This document shows positions 62,651-64,000 of a DNA stretch of 64,000 nucleotides, piece by piece. How positions within the stretch are numbered: the stretch's first letter is position 1; each line of letters begins with the position of its first letter. The position numbers and the translations under genes were made by a program. The stretch spans positions 1,088,001-1,152,000 of the forward strand of contig CAXXDN010000002.1 of NCBI GenBank assembly GCA_963667465.2, read 5' to 3'. The notes under the pieces were generated by a model, which worked only from the letters and a program-made list of their open reading frames with translations, was not told where the DNA came from and ran no database searches. Source of the DNA: Dehalococcoidia bacterium. GTDB lineage: Bacteria; Chloroflexota; Dehalococcoidia; UBA2979.

Positions 62651-62871
62651 TGGCCTCGCCTCCGCCAGGCCCGGCGCAGGCGCTCGTAGAGAATCACGGC
62701 GCCGACGCCGATCAGGATCAGCGGCCACAGCTCGCGGATGCCGAATTCGGTGATGCCGAGCGACTCCGCGAGGAAGATCAGTCCGATGATGACGAGTACG
62801 ACCCCGAAGGCCACCTTCGGTCCCTCCGCCTCGCTGCCGCGCACGCGCGCTGGCGATTCGCGTGGCCCCAT
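62647..62871 (-). CDS. Small membrane protein (LiaI/LiaF-like TM region, DUF5668-type)
   Basis: '[17 protein letters not shown]...[10 protein letters not shown]'; ATGA overlap with the next gene; start uncertain. Confidence 0.75.
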   Translation of the reverse strand: MGPRESPARVRGSEAEGPKVAFGVVLVIIGLIFLAESLGITEFGIRELWPLILIGVGAVILYERLRRAWRRRGQ

Positions 62872-62979
62872 TGTACGGCGACGCTGCCGTACCCCGGCAG
62901 CGCCGGGTGCTGGCGCTCACCCGGACGCAGTCCGAGAATGGATCGGAGCGCAGCAGGCACATTCGGGTCAGGGGGTGAG

Positions 62980-63675
62980 ATGAGCGAAGCGATCATCGAG
63001 ATCACGGACCTCGTCAAGACCTACGACGCCGGCGAGATCCAGGTCCACGCCCTGCGCGGCGTCTCACTCTCCGTCCAGCCCGCCGAGATGGTCGCCATCA
63101 TGGGCCCCTCCGGCTGCGGCAAGACTACCCTGCTCAACACCGCCTCCGGCCTCGACGACCCCACCAGCGGCACGATCTTGATCGAGGGCACCGACCTCGC
63201 CAGCCTCGACGACAACACGAAGACCTCGTACCGCGCGAGGCGCATGGGGTTCATCTTCCAGTTCTACAACCTGCTGCCCGTGCTCAGCTCCGTCGAGAAC
63301 GTCGAGCTGCCGCTCCTTGTCTCCGGCACGCCGCCGGGAGAGGCGCGGGAGCGCTCGCTGGCGGGGCTCGAGCAGGTCGGCCTGGCCGACTGGGCGGACC
63401 ACCGGCCGGGCCAGCTCTCCGGCGGCCAGCGTCAGCGCGTCACGATCGCCCGCGCCCTCGTCAACAACCCGGCGATCGTCTGGGCCGATGAGCCGACGGG
63501 CGACCTCGACTCCGTGACCGCAAACCAGATCATGGACCAGCTCATCGACCTCAATGAGTCGCAGGGGCAGACGTTCGTGCTGGTGACGCACGGACGCGAG
63601 ATCGCCGAGCGCTGCCACCGCATCGTTCACATGCGCGACGGCGAGATCGAGAGCGAGGAGCAGCTGGTTGGATAG
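62980..63675 (+). CDS. ABC transporter ATP-binding protein (LolD/MacB type)
   Basis: GPSGCGKT, 'GFIFQFYNL', LSGGQRQR, 'ADEPTGDLD', 'VTH'. Confidence 0.95.
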   Translation: MSEAIIEITDLVKTYDAGEIQVHALRGVSLSVQPAEMVAIMGPSGCGKTTLLNTASGLDDPTSGTILIEGTDLASLDDNTKTSYRARRMGFIFQFYNLLPVLSSVENVELPLLVSGTPPGEARERSLAGLEQVGLADWADHRPGQLSGGQRQRVTIARALVNNPAIVWADEPTGDLDSVTANQIMDQLIDLNESQGQTFVLVTHGREIAERCHRIVHMRDGEIESEEQLVG

Positions 63676-64000
63676 CCTCTTCGGGATTCCGCTGACCAGC
63701 ATCCTCGTCGCGCTGCTGCTCGCGCTCGGCGCGATCTTCGCGATCCTCGGCGTGATCGCCTGGCGCCAGCCGCTGCTCGTGCGCATGGGGCTGCGCAACA
63801 TCGGCCGGCGCAAGCCGCAGACCGCGCTGATCGTCATCGGGCTGATGCTCTCGACGCTGATCATCAGCGCCGCCTTCGCCACCGGCGACACCGTCGGCTA
63901 CTCGATCACCAACGAGGTCTACGACTCCTTCGAGGAAGCGGACATCCTGATCGCGTTCGACGACGACATCTCCGAGTTCGGCGACGACTTCCTCGATGCG
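63668..64000 (+). CDS. FtsX-like ABC permease, N-terminal part; runs off the window
   Basis: TTG start; MDSLFGIP..'[36 protein letters not shown]'. Confidence 0.85.
   Translation, partial: MDSLFGIPLTSILVALLLALGAIFAILGVIAWRQPLLVRMGLRNIGRRKPQTALIVIGLMLSTLIISAAFATGDTVGYSITNEVYDSFEEADILIAFDDDISEFGDDFLDA

Overview
This is a high-GC bacterial chromosomal segment. Its gene style (many CaiB/BaiF CoA-transferases, OFA-like MFS and SDR paralogues, CMD/AhpD proteins, a Zn-ribbon/OB-fold protein) suggests a Chloroflexota/Dehalococcoidia-like organism, possibly host-associated; that assignment is inference only. Most of the window is housekeeping: pepN, acnA, uvrC, pcm, xerD, eno, gap, ffh-rpsP-khpA-rimM, rnd, nhaA, pepP, nrdJ, metE, rlmD, maf and 5 tRNAs. 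Small accessory inserts punctuate it: hicBA, higBA, a HEPN-like gene, an IS1595 remnant carrying a P63C gene, a decayed metal-ABC locus next to an MMPL/lipoprotein block, and an ERG4/ERG24 sterol reductase nested in an SDR triplication. The strongest hidden signal is a CMD/AhpD-like gene that the ORF track splits in two. It reads through an in-frame TGA in a CxxU motif, has a SECIS-like hairpin just downstream, and lies 30 bp behind a DtxR/MntR regulator, so it is a candidate metal-linked selenoprotein. Other notable items: tRNA-Arg(GCG); MetE with its Zn-ligand Glu replaced; a GAPDH with an NADP-type signature; an orphan flavin-dependent halogenase; a hicBA cassette bounded by a duplicated gene 3' end; widespread leaderless-type promoters; and 3-4 single-base frameshifts that may be sequencing errors. 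No CRISPR array or rRNA was seen. All family calls come from motif recognition, not database searches.
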